A stretch of DNA of 64,000 bases from an uncultured delta proteobacterium. GTDB lineage: Bacteria > Desulfobacterota > Syntrophia > Syntrophales > UBA2185. A program made the translations under genes and the position numbers. Each line of letters begins with the position of its first letter. Positions within the stretch are counted from its first letter, which is position 1. Below, in pieces: positions 51,702 through 61,785 of this stretch. Where the stretch lies: the NCBI GenBank assembly GCA_963729715.1, contig CAVSPA010000004.1, positions 256,001 through 320,000 of the forward strand. Reading direction: 5' to 3'. Under the pieces are notes generated by a model, which saw only the letters and a list, made by a program, of their open reading frames with translations, was not told where the DNA came from and searched no databases.

Positions 51702-52370
51702 ATGGAAATAAAGATCTGCGGGATTACAAATATGGAAGACGCAGTCATGGCCTTTGCATACGGTGCGGATGCACTGGGCTTTATCTTTTATGAGAAGAGC
51801 CCGCGATACGTGAGCCCGGAAACAGCGATGTGCGTCATACGGAATCTCCCGGACGATATTTCAAAAGTAGGCGTCTTTGTGAATCATGATAGCCACGCCG
51901 TGAGAGAAATATATGACTTCTGCGGGCTTGACATGATTCAGCTTCACGGTGATGAATCACCTGCCTACTGCCGCGAATTCCCGCAATCCATCCTCATCAA
52001 GGCAATCTCTCCCGGTAGCGAAGAAAACCTCGGCAGCGTAAAGCAATACCGCGTCAAAGCGATCATAATAGACACGCGTGAACTTGGACTCTACGGGGGA
52101 ACTGGGAAGAAATCCAATTGGAAACTTGCAGCCAAATTGAAGGAAATGCACCCGCTCGTCCTCTCGGGGGGATTGAACGCTGGCAATGTTCGGGAGGCAA
52201 TCAGAACAGTTTCACCGCATGCCGTAGATGTCAACAGCGGCGTTGAACTATCTGCCGGGAAAAAGGATCCCGAGAAAGTTCAGAGCATCATTGAGACTGT
52301 CCGCACTGCCGGGAACGAGAGCGCCATAAAAATATTTACGAGGAGAAATCATGCACAAGTCACTCCCTGA
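51702..52370 (+). CDS. trpF: Phosphoribosylanthranilate isomerase
   Basis: [24 protein letters not shown]. Confidence 0.97.
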   Translation: MEIKICGITNMEDAVMAFAYGADALGFIFYEKSPRYVSPETAMCVIRNLPDDISKVGVFVNHDSHAVREIYDFCGLDMIQLHGDESPAYCREFPQSILIKAISPGSEENLGSVKQYRVKAIIIDTRELGLYGGTGKKSNWKLAAKLKEMHPLVLSGGLNAGNVREAIRTVSPHAVDVNSGVELSAGKKDPEKVQSIIETVRTAGNESAIKIFTRRNHAQVTP

Positions 52371-53544
52371 TAAGAAAGGACACTTCGGAATCTTCGGCGG
52401 CCGCTATGTAGCGGAAACTCTTATGCCTGCTCTCATACAGCTTGAGGAGGTCTATAAGGCAGCGAGAAAAGACAGACAGTTCAGGGACGAAATCGCCTAT
52501 TACCTTAGTGAATACGCAGGCAGGGAGACCCCGCTCTATTATGCAAAACGTCTCACGGAAGAGCTGGGTGGGGCAAGGATTTACCTCAAGCGCGAGGACC
52601 TCAGTCATACGGGCTCGCACAAGATAAACAATACTCTCGGCCAGGGACTTCTTGCGAGGCGTATGGGCAAAAAGAGGGTCATCGCGGAGACAGGCGCCGG
52701 TCAGCATGGCGTAGCCACGGCGACGGTGGCGGCTCTTTTCGGCATGGAATGCATGATCTTTATGGGAGAGGAGGATATCAGACGGCAGGCCCCCAATGTA
52801 TTTCGTATGAAAATACTCGGCGCCGAGGTCGTGCCTGTGTCATCGGGAACGGCGACCCTCAAAGACGCCATGAATGAGGCGATGCGGCACTGGGTGGCTA
52901 GGGTAAGGGATACCTTCTATGTGATAGGCACTACGGCAGGGCCTCATCCTTACCCGATGATGGTCCGTGAATTTCAAAGTGTCATCGGGAAGGAGACAAA
53001 AAGGCAGATCATGAAGATTGAAGGCCGGCTTCCCGACGTCCTGATTGCCTGCATAGGCGGCGGCAGCAATGCCATGGGACTCTTCTATCCCTTTAAAGAC
53101 GCGACCAATGTTGAGATGATAGGAGTAGAAGCGGCGGGAAAGGGCATTACGACACGATACCATGCGGCAAGCATATCCGCCGGTAGCATCGGCGTCCTTC
53201 ATGGCAACAAGACCTACCTTCTTCAGGATGCAAATGGCCAGATTCGGGATGCCTACTCCATTGCCGCGGGACTCGACTATCCCGGAGTCGGCCCCGAGCA
53301 CGGCCATTTCCGCGATACAGGAAGGGCAACTTACGTGAGCGCTGACGACGATGAGGCAATCGCGGCCTTTATGCTCGTCTCCAGACTGGAAGGCATTATC
53401 CCCGCCATGGAGAGCGCCCACGCATTGGCGCACGCTTTTAAGCTCGCCCCCGCACTCGGCAAGAATAAGATCATCGTTGTGAACCTCTCCGGTAGGGGAG
53501 ATAAGGATGCGGAGATAATCTCACAGATCATCGACAAAAAATAG
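52351..53544 (+). CDS. trpB: Tryptophan synthase beta chain
   Basis: [32 protein letters not shown]. Confidence 0.98.
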   Translation: MHKSLPDKKGHFGIFGGRYVAETLMPALIQLEEVYKAARKDRQFRDEIAYYLSEYAGRETPLYYAKRLTEELGGARIYLKREDLSHTGSHKINNTLGQGLLARRMGKKRVIAETGAGQHGVATATVAALFGMECMIFMGEEDIRRQAPNVFRMKILGAEVVPVSSGTATLKDAMNEAMRHWVARVRDTFYVIGTTAGPHPYPMMVREFQSVIGKETKRQIMKIEGRLPDVLIACIGGGSNAMGLFYPFKDATNVEMIGVEAAGKGITTRYHAASISAGSIGVLHGNKTYLLQDANGQIRDAYSIAAGLDYPGVGPEHGHFRDTGRATYVSADDDEAIAAFMLVSRLEGIIPAMESAHALAHAFKLAPALGKNKIIVVNLSGRGDKDAEIISQIIDKK

Positions 53545-53570
53545 TTCGTTCAAAATGGGGAGATGCTATT

Positions 53571-54368
53571 ATGACACGAAGAATCGAACGAAAGTTCCGA
53601 GACCTCAAGCAAAAAAAGGAGAAGGGGCTGGTTGTATATCTCACGGCCGGGGATCCCGACATGCAGACTACCCGCGGCCTTATACTCGCTCTTGAAGAAT
53701 CGGGTGTGGACATCATCGAAATCGGCGTTCCCTTTTCCGATCCAACTGCGGACGGCCCAGTGATCCAGGCTGCTTCGCAGAGGTCTCTCGATAAGGGAAC
53801 AACGCTCACCTGCATCCTTGATATGATAGAATCCCTAAGAACAGTCAGTGAGATTCCCGTTGTCCTCTTCGGTTATTATAATCCCATTTATTCGTTCGGC
53901 AATGAACGATTCGCGGCAAGGGCGAAGCGGGCGGGTGTGGACGGCATTCTTGTCATTGATCTGCCGCCGGAGGAATCGCATGAACTGAGGCGACACACTG
54001 ACCGGGCGGGTCTCGATTTCATTTCTCTCATCGCGCCCACAACCAGCGACAATCGCATCGCAGGAATTGCAGACAGTGCGTCCGGGTTTCTCTACTATAT
54101 CTCCATTACGGGAGTTACAGGAACGGCGCAGCCCCTGATGCAGAATATTGGAGTCGACGTAGAGCGCATCCGCAAAATAAGCGTCCTGCCCCTCGTGATC
54201 GGCTTCGGTATTTCAGTACCGCTGCAGGCCGCAGAGATCGCCTCCTGCGCTGATGGCGTCGTTATCGGGAGCGCTTTTGTGCGTCTCATTGAGGAATACG
54301 GCACCAAAGACGGCCTGATGCGTGTCGCATCGTCCTTCGTAAGGGATATCAAAAAAGCGCTTTCATAG
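53571..54368 (+). CDS. trpA: Tryptophan synthase alpha chain
   Basis: [33 protein letters not shown]. Confidence 0.98.
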   Translation: MTRRIERKFRDLKQKKEKGLVVYLTAGDPDMQTTRGLILALEESGVDIIEIGVPFSDPTADGPVIQAASQRSLDKGTTLTCILDMIESLRTVSEIPVVLFGYYNPIYSFGNERFAARAKRAGVDGILVIDLPPEESHELRRHTDRAGLDFISLIAPTTSDNRIAGIADSASGFLYYISITGVTGTAQPLMQNIGVDVERIRKISVLPLVIGFGISVPLQAAEIASCADGVVIGSAFVRLIEEYGTKDGLMRVASSFVRDIKKALS

Positions 54369-54390
54369 GCGAGGACGCTCGCTTAAACAC

Positions 54391-54693
54391 TCAAGAAGCG
54401 CCGGCGCTCTTTTTCTCGGTCTGCTCCCTGGCACAGAAATCCAGCGCCTTACTGACCTTCTCTTTACTTTCGTTGTAAAATTCGTTCTAAAATTCCTTGC
54501 CGCGGCTGGCAAACTCATCCATCTTAGTACACGTTTCATCAAGTTGATGCCTGGCTTTGTCCCGCAGTTCCTGAAATGATTTTGCAATTTCCTCACGAGT
54601 TTCTTCTCCGCGTCTTGGGGCGTAGAGTATTCCAAGAGCCGCACCGACGAGACCTCCCACTACAAATCCCTTTATCCAGTCTTCTGCCGCCAT
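54391..54693 (-). CDS. YtxH-like (general stress) protein with in-frame TAG at 54487-54489
   Basis: GFVVGGLVGAALGILYAPRRGEETR signature; frame stays open after the TAG to TGA at 54391. Confidence 0.8.
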
Positions 54694-54792
54694 TTGATCT
54701 TTACCTCCAATCATTAGAATAAGGCCTTAACTGAGGCCATAATTTTTAAAAATAGCGACCTATGCAGCGATTCGCAATCAGGGATGTCCTCA

Positions 54793-56114
54793 CGAATTGC
54801 CTCACATTAAATGTTACCCAAGGTTGTGAATAAAAGAGATCGTTGACTCATAATTCGATGTTACCGAACATCGACTTCCGAAAGGAGGGTAATCGATGAG
54901 TCCACGATCGAAAAAAGAGTACACCAGGGCAATCCATTTACGCTATAAAAATGCTTCCCGCCATGAAAAAACAATTATCCTGAACGAGTTCTGCACAACG
55001 TGCGGATACCATAGGAAACATGCCATACGCCTTCTCAGGAGATTTAAACGCTTCACAAAGCCAAGACCGAAGAAGCGAGGGAAGCCTCCCGTTTATCAAA
55101 ATGAGGAGATTCTGAAGCCCTTAAAACAGATATGGCTGGCAGCGAATCTCCCCTGTTCAAAACGCCTAAAAGCTATTTTACCGCTCTGGCTGCCAAGCTA
55201 TGTCCAACTCTTTGGTAAACTTCCTCCCACGGTTGTTGAAGCCCTGGTGAAAATCTCCCCGGCCACCATAGACAGGCTCCTTCAACCTACCCGTATACAA
55301 TACAAGAAACGTGGCAGATCCACTACAAAGCCAGGGACCCTCCTGAGAAAACAAATCCCTATACAAACAAACCAGTGGGATGAATCAAAACCGGGATTCC
55401 TTGAAGCCGATACCGTAGCCCATTGTGGCGAGTCATTGCTGGGAATGTACGCATATACCATAGACTGCGTGGACATCGCCACCGGATGGACAGAACAAAG
55501 AGCTGTGTGGGGTAAAGGAGAAACAGGTGTCCTTCAACAAATCAAAGACATAGAAAAAACGCTCCCCTTCCCACTCCTTGGCTTCGATTGCGATAACGGA
55601 TCAGAGTTCTTAAATTATCACCTCGTGAGGCATTTTACCCAACGAAAACACCCCGTAAAATTCACCCGCAGCAGACCGTACCACAAAGATGACAACGCAC
55701 ATGTAGAACAGAAGAACTGGACCCATGTGCGTCAATGGCTCGGCTACCAGAGATTAGATAATCCACGGGCCGTACCCCTTCTTAATAACCTCTACCGTAA
55801 CGAATGGAGGCTCTTCCATAACTTCTTCTGCCCCTCCGTGAAACTCATTGCCAAAGAACGTATCGGTTCTAAAACTGTCAAACAACATGACAAACCGAAA
55901 ACACCTTATCAGAGAGTCATGGACTCTCCTCATTTGCCTGAAACAGTAAAACTCTCACTCTCTAAACAACTTGAAAATCTTAACCCCTTTCTGCTAAGAA
56001 AAACCATGGAAACAAAACTTAAAAAAATCTCCTCCCTCTGAGTAACATATATTATGAGTCAACGTTCCTCACATGAAGCTATCCTTCGGTAACATTTATT
56101 TATGAGGCAATAGG
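54793..56114 (+). mobile_element. Insertion sequence, about 1.32 kb, single DDE transposase, two-tier inverted repeats
   Basis: Left ATTGCCTCACATTAAATGTTACCCAAGG vs right (revcomp) ATTGCCTCATAAATAAATGTTACCGAAGG; inner pair CGTTGACTCATAAT..ATGTTAC; CTCA(C) on both flanks; exact ends uncertain by 1-3 bp. Confidence 0.88.
54896..56041 (+). CDS. Integrase-core (rve) DDE transposase
   Basis: PGFLEADTVAHCG, DCDNGSEF, SRPYHKDDNAHVEQKN; SD AAGGAGG. Confidence 0.93.
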   Translation: MSPRSKKEYTRAIHLRYKNASRHEKTIILNEFCTTCGYHRKHAIRLLRRFKRFTKPRPKKRGKPPVYQNEEILKPLKQIWLAANLPCSKRLKAILPLWLPSYVQLFGKLPPTVVEALVKISPATIDRLLQPTRIQYKKRGRSTTKPGTLLRKQIPIQTNQWDESKPGFLEADTVAHCGESLLGMYAYTIDCVDIATGWTEQRAVWGKGETGVLQQIKDIEKTLPFPLLGFDCDNGSEFLNYHLVRHFTQRKHPVKFTRSRPYHKDDNAHVEQKNWTHVRQWLGYQRLDNPRAVPLLNNLYRNEWRLFHNFFCPSVKLIAKERIGSKTVKQHDKPKTPYQRVMDSPHLPETVKLSLSKQLENLNPFLLRKTMETKLKKISSL

Positions 56115-56242
56115 CTCACTTCATGCTTCGAAAATCCTGATCTACAGGTCGCCACTGCGCTTGATATGAACAATGTCCTTGACTGAAATGCTGCTGCGTG
56201 GTTATTAAGCAATCAGATCGAGACAAACACATCAAAGGGTTC

Positions 56243-56848
56243 ATGCGGTATACCATCTTCGACATCCCAATCTTACGCAATGTGCTGCAGGTCCTTGCCA
56301 TAATTGCTCTCTGGATCTTCGGATGGCGGAGAGCAGGCCGGATGCCGGACGCACCCAAATTCGTCACGATAGCCGCTCCCCATACGTCAAACTGGGACTT
56401 ACCCGTGGGACTCGCCATAATCCTGGCATTCAAGGCCAAGATATACTGGCTCGGCAAGGAGCGTATTTTTAAGTGGCCTTTCGCCACCTTTTTCAAATGG
56501 CTGGGAGGTATTCCCGTAAATCGTTCAATATCGGGTGATGTGGTCGCGCAAACCATCCAGGCCTTTAGGGAACAGGAGAGAATGATAATGGTGGTTGCTC
56601 CCGAAGGAACACGGAAGAAGGCCAACCATTGGAAGACCGGATTCTATTACATTGCCACGGGCGCTAATGTCCCTCTTGTGATGGGTTTTATTGATTATGC
56701 GCGAAAGGAGGGAGGTTTCGGCCCAATGCTGATGCCTACCGGGGATATCGAGGCAGATATGGAAAAGATTCGGGCCTTCTATCAGAATATAACGGGCAAG
56801 ATGCCCGGCAAAGCAACCCCTGTAATGATCTCGCCCCGGGACAAGTGA
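56243..56848 (+). CDS. PlsC-like lysophospholipid acyltransferase
   Basis: APHTSNWD (HxxxxD), APEGTR, WKTGFY. Confidence 0.9.
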   Translation: MRYTIFDIPILRNVLQVLAIIALWIFGWRRAGRMPDAPKFVTIAAPHTSNWDLPVGLAIILAFKAKIYWLGKERIFKWPFATFFKWLGGIPVNRSISGDVVAQTIQAFREQERMIMVVAPEGTRKKANHWKTGFYYIATGANVPLVMGFIDYARKEGGFGPMLMPTGDIEADMEKIRAFYQNITGKMPGKATPVMISPRDK

Positions 56849-56923
56849 GCGCTGATAATAAAGGCTGGCAGTGTCTCTGCGCATGCGTCTCTTGCAGAGA
56901 GGCAAATATAGACGTCTTATAAT

Positions 56924-57316
56924 TCATTCTCCGTAGACGCCGCTGCAAATGACAAGGTCATCCACCTTTCTGAAATAGGTTGTCTTGGGCCATACTTCTT
57001 TGGTAACCGGGTTATACCATTTGTAAGTTACCCAGCCGCTCCCTTCGCTATTTGCCGCATCGAGAATCTCCCGGATAAAGCTTTTTCCGTCTGCGTCCTT
57101 GAGTTCACTGAAATCCTCTCCGACGAATCTTTCATTCACCCCGTGTGCAAGCATGGTTCCCCTCGGGTTCAAGACGTATATATACATTTCGTCCTGGACG
57201 AACTGTCCGCTCGGATTCGTATATTCAGCCAAGGCGATTCTCTTACCCGATGTCTTATAGAAGGCGGCGGCCTTCTCCACCCAGCGCTTGGCATCCTCTT
57301 TTGACCTCTTGCTCAT
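56924..57316 (-). CDS. Stand-alone single Cache domain protein
   Basis: YIYV..GTMLAH, KDADGKSFI, GWVTYKWYNP, K..Y, CSGVY; no signal peptide or TM. Confidence 0.85.
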   Translation of the reverse strand: MSKRSKEDAKRWVEKAAAFYKTSGKRIALAEYTNPSGQFVQDEMYIYVLNPRGTMLAHGVNERFVGEDFSELKDADGKSFIREILDAANSEGSGWVTYKWYNPVTKEVWPKTTYFRKVDDLVICSGVYGE

Positions 57317-57393
57317 GGTGTACCTCCCCTATCAAGCTCTTGCATCAACAAAAAAAATAAATATTCGTAATGAGGCAACGCCTCAAATACTAT

Positions 57394-58560
57394 CTAACCC
57401 TCTTTCAGCCATTGTTTGATGATTTTCGCGCAGTCATCACCGGCATTATCGTACAGGCCGATGATCTTTCTTTCATGAATGGCTCGCTGAACGGAATCTG
57501 ATGCGTGCGCGGCGTTCTGCAGAATATTCTGCCCGTAGTCCGAACGAATAGTACCTGCGGCTGCTTTGGCGGGGTCGGATTCGCCCAATCTACTGCGGAT
57601 CTTCCCTACTGCGCTATATCCCCGATAAAGAAGCGCCAGCGATGGGTTTATGCCGGGCTTTTCGCGATCTTCGGGCGCCACGCTCGCGGGATCAACCCCC
57701 GTCAGATATTGCACGGTCTGGGTAAACTCATATTGGGCATTCGTTTCGTTGATTATGGCCGCCATGGCATTGTATTCTTCATCCGTAATATCAAACCCAA
57801 AGAGACCGCATATCCGTTCTTTTATTTTTTCAGCTATGTGTTTCTTCAGCTTTCGTTTGAATGTGCCTCTCAGGAAGCCATAGAATGCCTCGCCTTGCGC
57901 CGCGCTCATCTGGACAACTCTGGCTCCAACTATCCTGAGGCCTGTCTTTGAAAACATGTCGATCATATTACCGGTATGAACGGAATGCTTGAAAAAATTA
58001 TCCGGCTTCAAAATGACCAGCGTCGTTTCCCCTTCAGCGGAGTCTTCGTAAATACCCGAGTCATTGAATCCGAGCTCTGCAAACAGCTCCAGGTTGTTTT
58101 TTGCATATTTAAGATTCGTGGGCACAAGAACAGCCGGCTCGAAATACCTGATCGTGCCGTCGGGATTGGTTATGAAATCGCAGTAAGTGCCGCGAATCGT
58201 CCCAAGCCTGGCTTCAGATTCTGCTTCCGTCGTGAGTTTTCCGACTACATCGTAGACGCGCTCCACGGCATTATCGCCCTCAAACAAAAGAAACAGACAG
58301 CGGTTAGTCTGACGGTGAATATTTTCACGACGCAGATTCTGATCGATATAATCAACGAGCGCCTTCTCTATCTTGGGTTCGATGCCGAGACTTTTCACCC
58401 GCCGCATGTATTCATCCACAAACTCATCCGATGGCCGCATCATCCTGACGCCCACCAGATCGCAGCCTGAGAACGACATGAGTCTGGCAATGATATTTCC
58501 CGTACGCGACTTCATGAGACTGTATGGCGTTATTAGCACATATGTCAGTTCTGTTGCCAT
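57394..58560 (-). CDS. Nucleoside diphosphate kinase with two tandem NDK domains
   Basis: C-domain TLVILKPD, GTIRSDYG, NAAHASDS; N-domain TYVLITPY, GTIRGTY, no catalytic His. Confidence 0.82.
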   Translation of the reverse strand: MATELTYVLITPYSLMKSRTGNIIARLMSFSGCDLVGVRMMRPSDEFVDEYMRRVKSLGIEPKIEKALVDYIDQNLRRENIHRQTNRCLFLLFEGDNAVERVYDVVGKLTTEAESEARLGTIRGTYCDFITNPDGTIRYFEPAVLVPTNLKYAKNNLELFAELGFNDSGIYEDSAEGETTLVILKPDNFFKHSVHTGNMIDMFSKTGLRIVGARVVQMSAAQGEAFYGFLRGTFKRKLKKHIAEKIKERICGLFGFDITDEEYNAMAAIINETNAQYEFTQTVQYLTGVDPASVAPEDREKPGINPSLALLYRGYSAVGKIRSRLGESDPAKAAAGTIRSDYGQNILQNAAHASDSVQRAIHERKIIGLYDNAGDDCAKIIKQWLKEG

Positions 58561-58896
58561 TTGTTGTGCCCCTATTCTCCAGCGGTAAGGATACCTATTA
58601 TCTTTAATATCATTTTCACCATTATTTCACAAGAGCACATAAGAAGATTCTCGGCGCTCTAGACATTATTTATGCTTCGTCACTCATCCTCTCTTCCTCG
58701 CAATCGGCAGGCGCACTTTAAGACAATTGACGGTTTACCGATTCAGATAAAAGAATATTGAACCCCACGGTGATCTAAGGTATTTAGTAAACATAAATCG
58801 GTCTTATGATGAATTGCGGAATATCCCTAAGATTAATATAATTCTTTTTTAGAGAATATGAATGTTGCGACTTTCTCAGGAACAGGAGGGATTAAA

Positions 58897-59457
58897 ATGA
58901 AGACAAAATTTAGAGGTAAGATGACTTTGGCCGTATTTATGCTCGGGATTATCGTAAGCGTGCCTCTCCATACAGCTTTTGCTGCCACAGCGAAGGAGAT
59001 CAACACGAGTGTCGATGTGGCTCTCGAGCGTTTTACCAAAGAGGTGAAAGGGGCGAATGAATTTCTCAAGGCAGCCAAGGGTGTTCTTGTCATACCGAAT
59101 GTCATCCAGGCCGGATTAATTATCGGCGGCGAGTATGGTGAAGGCGCCCTCCGGATCGGCGGACAAGCCGTAGATTACTATAATTTAACAACCGCCTCTT
59201 TCGGCTATCAGATAGGGGCCCAGCGAAAGGATGTCGTCCTTATTTTCATGGACGAAACGGCCCTGAAAAAATTCCGCAACAGCGACAACTGGCAGGCCGG
59301 TGTCGACGGCACGGTAACGGTTATGGAATATGGCGCCGAGGGTTCGATAGACACGACAAAATTCAAGCAGCCCATCGTCGCGTTCGTAGTCGGTCAGAAA
59401 GGACTGATGGCGGGCGCCACGATACAAGGCTCGAAATTTACCAAGCTGAAGAAATAG
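58897..59457 (+). CDS. Exported Ysc84/SYLF-like protein
   Basis: Signal peptide; AKGVLVIP..AG.IIGGEYGEG, SFGYQIG, KGLMAG...GSKF. Confidence 0.85.
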   Translation: MKTKFRGKMTLAVFMLGIIVSVPLHTAFAATAKEINTSVDVALERFTKEVKGANEFLKAAKGVLVIPNVIQAGLIIGGEYGEGALRIGGQAVDYYNLTTASFGYQIGAQRKDVVLIFMDETALKKFRNSDNWQAGVDGTVTVMEYGAEGSIDTTKFKQPIVAFVVGQKGLMAGATIQGSKFTKLKK

Positions 59458-59651
59458 GAATCAGAACTGGTGTTCTCATTGCCGGACTTGTGGGGACCGC
59501 GGCGATTTCGGACATTGCGGCATCCGGCTGTGATCCTCCCCGCAATTAAATATCATGGGCGGTCTGTAAGAATATATATCAGGCTTCGTTCTTGAGAATC
59601 TATTTGAACAGAACGTTGACTTGCATATATTCGATGAGGAGGTAGCGCGTC

Positions 59652-59772
59652 ATGGCGCCCAGTCAATTCACCCGGCTCAATGCCTGCGGTCTCCAGGGAG
59701 AAACTCTCCGACAAGGAAATCAAAGAGATTTAAAAATACATTATCGATTCACTGGCAACGAAGCGATCCTGA
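59652..59772 (+). pseudogene. Possible relic of a small c-type cytochrome gene
   Basis: SD GAGGAGGT and ATG, then out-of-frame PGSMPAVSREKLSDKEIKEI*KYIIDSL; no CxxCH retained. Confidence 0.4.
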
Positions 59773-59861
59773 TCTTTCATTTTTTGATTGTAGAGTTACT
59801 ATAGGATGCGTTTCTTTGGCGTGTCTCCAAGGCAATTATGAAAGGATGCATTCCATCGCTG

Positions 59862-60356
59862 TCAATGGGAGAATATACTTAGGAAAGATTTTTCTTCTGA
59901 CGTCCAGAAGCGCCTCTTGGACTTAAAGGTGATGGATGATTTTATCGTGTCGTAACGATACCTGCTCTTGACGTGGAAATTCATTCCGTCTATCTTGATT
60001 ACAAATATATCAAAACCTTGCTCGAAGGTAACATCTTTTACCTTCTCGTAGGGGATGTGATAAGTCTTTCTCTCCCCGATGAAGGGGTTCTTCTCTATCA
60101 CAAATTCATTTCGAAGAACATAGAGTTTGTCTGTATTAAACCATACACCTCCCCAGAATGTCTTTGCTTCAGTCAGGATAATGTCATAGTTTGGAGTAAA
60201 ATCGACACGCTCAAGGTAATCTTTTTGGGAGAATAAGTGCATTAGAAAGAAAACAACGCCGTTCACAAGCACGATCAGGATAGTGAAAGACAAAATGGTA
60301 CGAGGGGACACCTTGACGCGAACTGAATTATCTCTTCCGGATTTTCGACTGGGCAT
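59862..60356 (-). CDS. Hypothetical single-TM protein
   Basis: 164 aa ORF, one hydrophobic helix, beta-rich tail (IPYEKVKDV, PH-like by eye). Confidence 0.6.
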   Translation of the reverse strand: MPSRKSGRDNSVRVKVSPRTILSFTILIVLVNGVVFFLMHLFSQKDYLERVDFTPNYDIILTEAKTFWGGVWFNTDKLYVLRNEFVIEKNPFIGERKTYHIPYEKVKDVTFEQGFDIFVIKIDGMNFHVKSRYRYDTIKSSITFKSKRRFWTSEEKSFLSIFSH

Positions 60357-60661
60357 TATTCCGGACCTCTGTTCATGGGTTTCATCTGCATTTCACTTGG
60401 CGATGGAGCCAATTGTACCACATGTCCAAGCAAAATATCAAAGTATTGGATGCCGCCCCGCCTGAGCTGCGCTTCATACGTCAAGAAAAATGAATAGGGC
60501 CACTAAGAGAAGCTTGTACAGAAAAGATAAGACTTCATTTTGCATTGCGGACTTTACGAGTTCCAACATGTCCTTCTATTCGGCACGTCCGACGCTATAC
60601 TTTAGAAGTTTGCAGCATGAAGTGGAAAGATATTTCTCTTCACGAATTGGATGGAAGATGA

Positions 60662-61555
60662 CTATTTGAATTCGACTGTAACAGGATTATTTGTTTCGAC
60701 CTTCAATCCATCGACATTTTTGAACAACGCCCTCGTTTCTCCGACGGACAGCGGGTTCGCAACGAGCACCTGCTTGAAGAGTGTGCCAGTAGTCATGAGC
60801 TTACCGATATCCATCTCGACGAGAGTGACGGTTGAGCCATCCCTGTAGGTAGCATTCGTATTTATGATAGTCCCTTCGAACTGGAGGGAGATTTTCACTT
60901 TCATATCCTGAAAAATGTTTTTCATCATCTCCGGCGACTGGGCGGATGCTCCCTTACCTGATTTACCTTCAACAGTTTTGCCGTTATCCGGTGCACCTGA
61001 CTTATCGCCTGACATCACTTTTTGCGCCGGCAGTGTAATGATAAGCTTCGTGGGGAGGCCTTTCGTGAACTTGAACAGCAGATATTCCGCTTTTTACGAA
61101 TCTCTCCTTTCCAGCTTCGTGCCTCGATCCTGATCTACCCTCACCTCGCTGATATCCTGAAAGGCATAAACGGCATTGCAACCGCTGGCTGTATCCGTCT
61201 TGACCGGTTTGGCCGATACAAACGTCACTGTGGCGCCAAAAGTGTCAGCCTGCTTTTCCGTGTCCTTCACCATCTTCGCGATGAGATCATCGCGCGTTTC
61301 CGTCGTCTCTCTCTTGGAGACGCCTTTGGCCGCATCTTTATTATCTTGAGCGCCCTCCTCTTTTCTATGGGCTGCCATTGTGCCTGCAATCGATTCCATA
61401 ATATCGAACATGCTGCTTGATAACAGAAAGGTCTCTTCAATAGTTCCGCTCCCATCCGTCTTTACATGAATGACAATCGTGTCCTGAATACAACCGGATA
61501 TGGATAAAATCATCAGCATGGGAATCCCTGCATAAAAAAAACGTTTCATGAGCAT
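60662..61555 (-). pseudogene. Uncharacterised lipoprotein split by in-frame TAA at 61094-61096
   Basis: Lipobox ISGC, VKTDGSG; after TAA the same frame continues KAEYLLFKFTKG.. into ORF 60662-61018. Confidence 0.75.
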
Positions 61556-61712
61556 CTCCTCTTCCCGGAATCGATATAACGCCGGATAACTTCTTCGACG
61601 ATAACCATGCCGGCAAATATTTTCTCATCTCCGCATCACCCATTATTCCGCTAAACAGGTGATATCTTTATCGCTGTAATTAAACGCTCTCCAACTCTCT
61701 GAATTTAATCCC

Positions 61713-61741
61713 TTGACAAATCGGACGCAAAGCCGTATGTT
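61713..61741 (+). promoter_or_regulatory. Sigma70-type promoter of ychF
   Basis: TTGACA-17 bp-TATGTT. Confidence 0.55.
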
Positions 61742-61785
61742 TCACGCATTTTGCAGAACCATATATAAGGAGAAAGAGACATCGT

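Noticed and set aside
54487..54489. Pyrrolysine recoding of the TAG
   Set aside because: No pyl genes in the window, non-enzymatic protein, and other genes use TAG as stop; kept only as a check.
57371..57385. TGAGGCAACGCCTCA resembles the IS end TGAGGCAA
   Set aside because: Lacks the GTAACAT sub-motif; better explained as a short hairpin downstream of the NDK gene.
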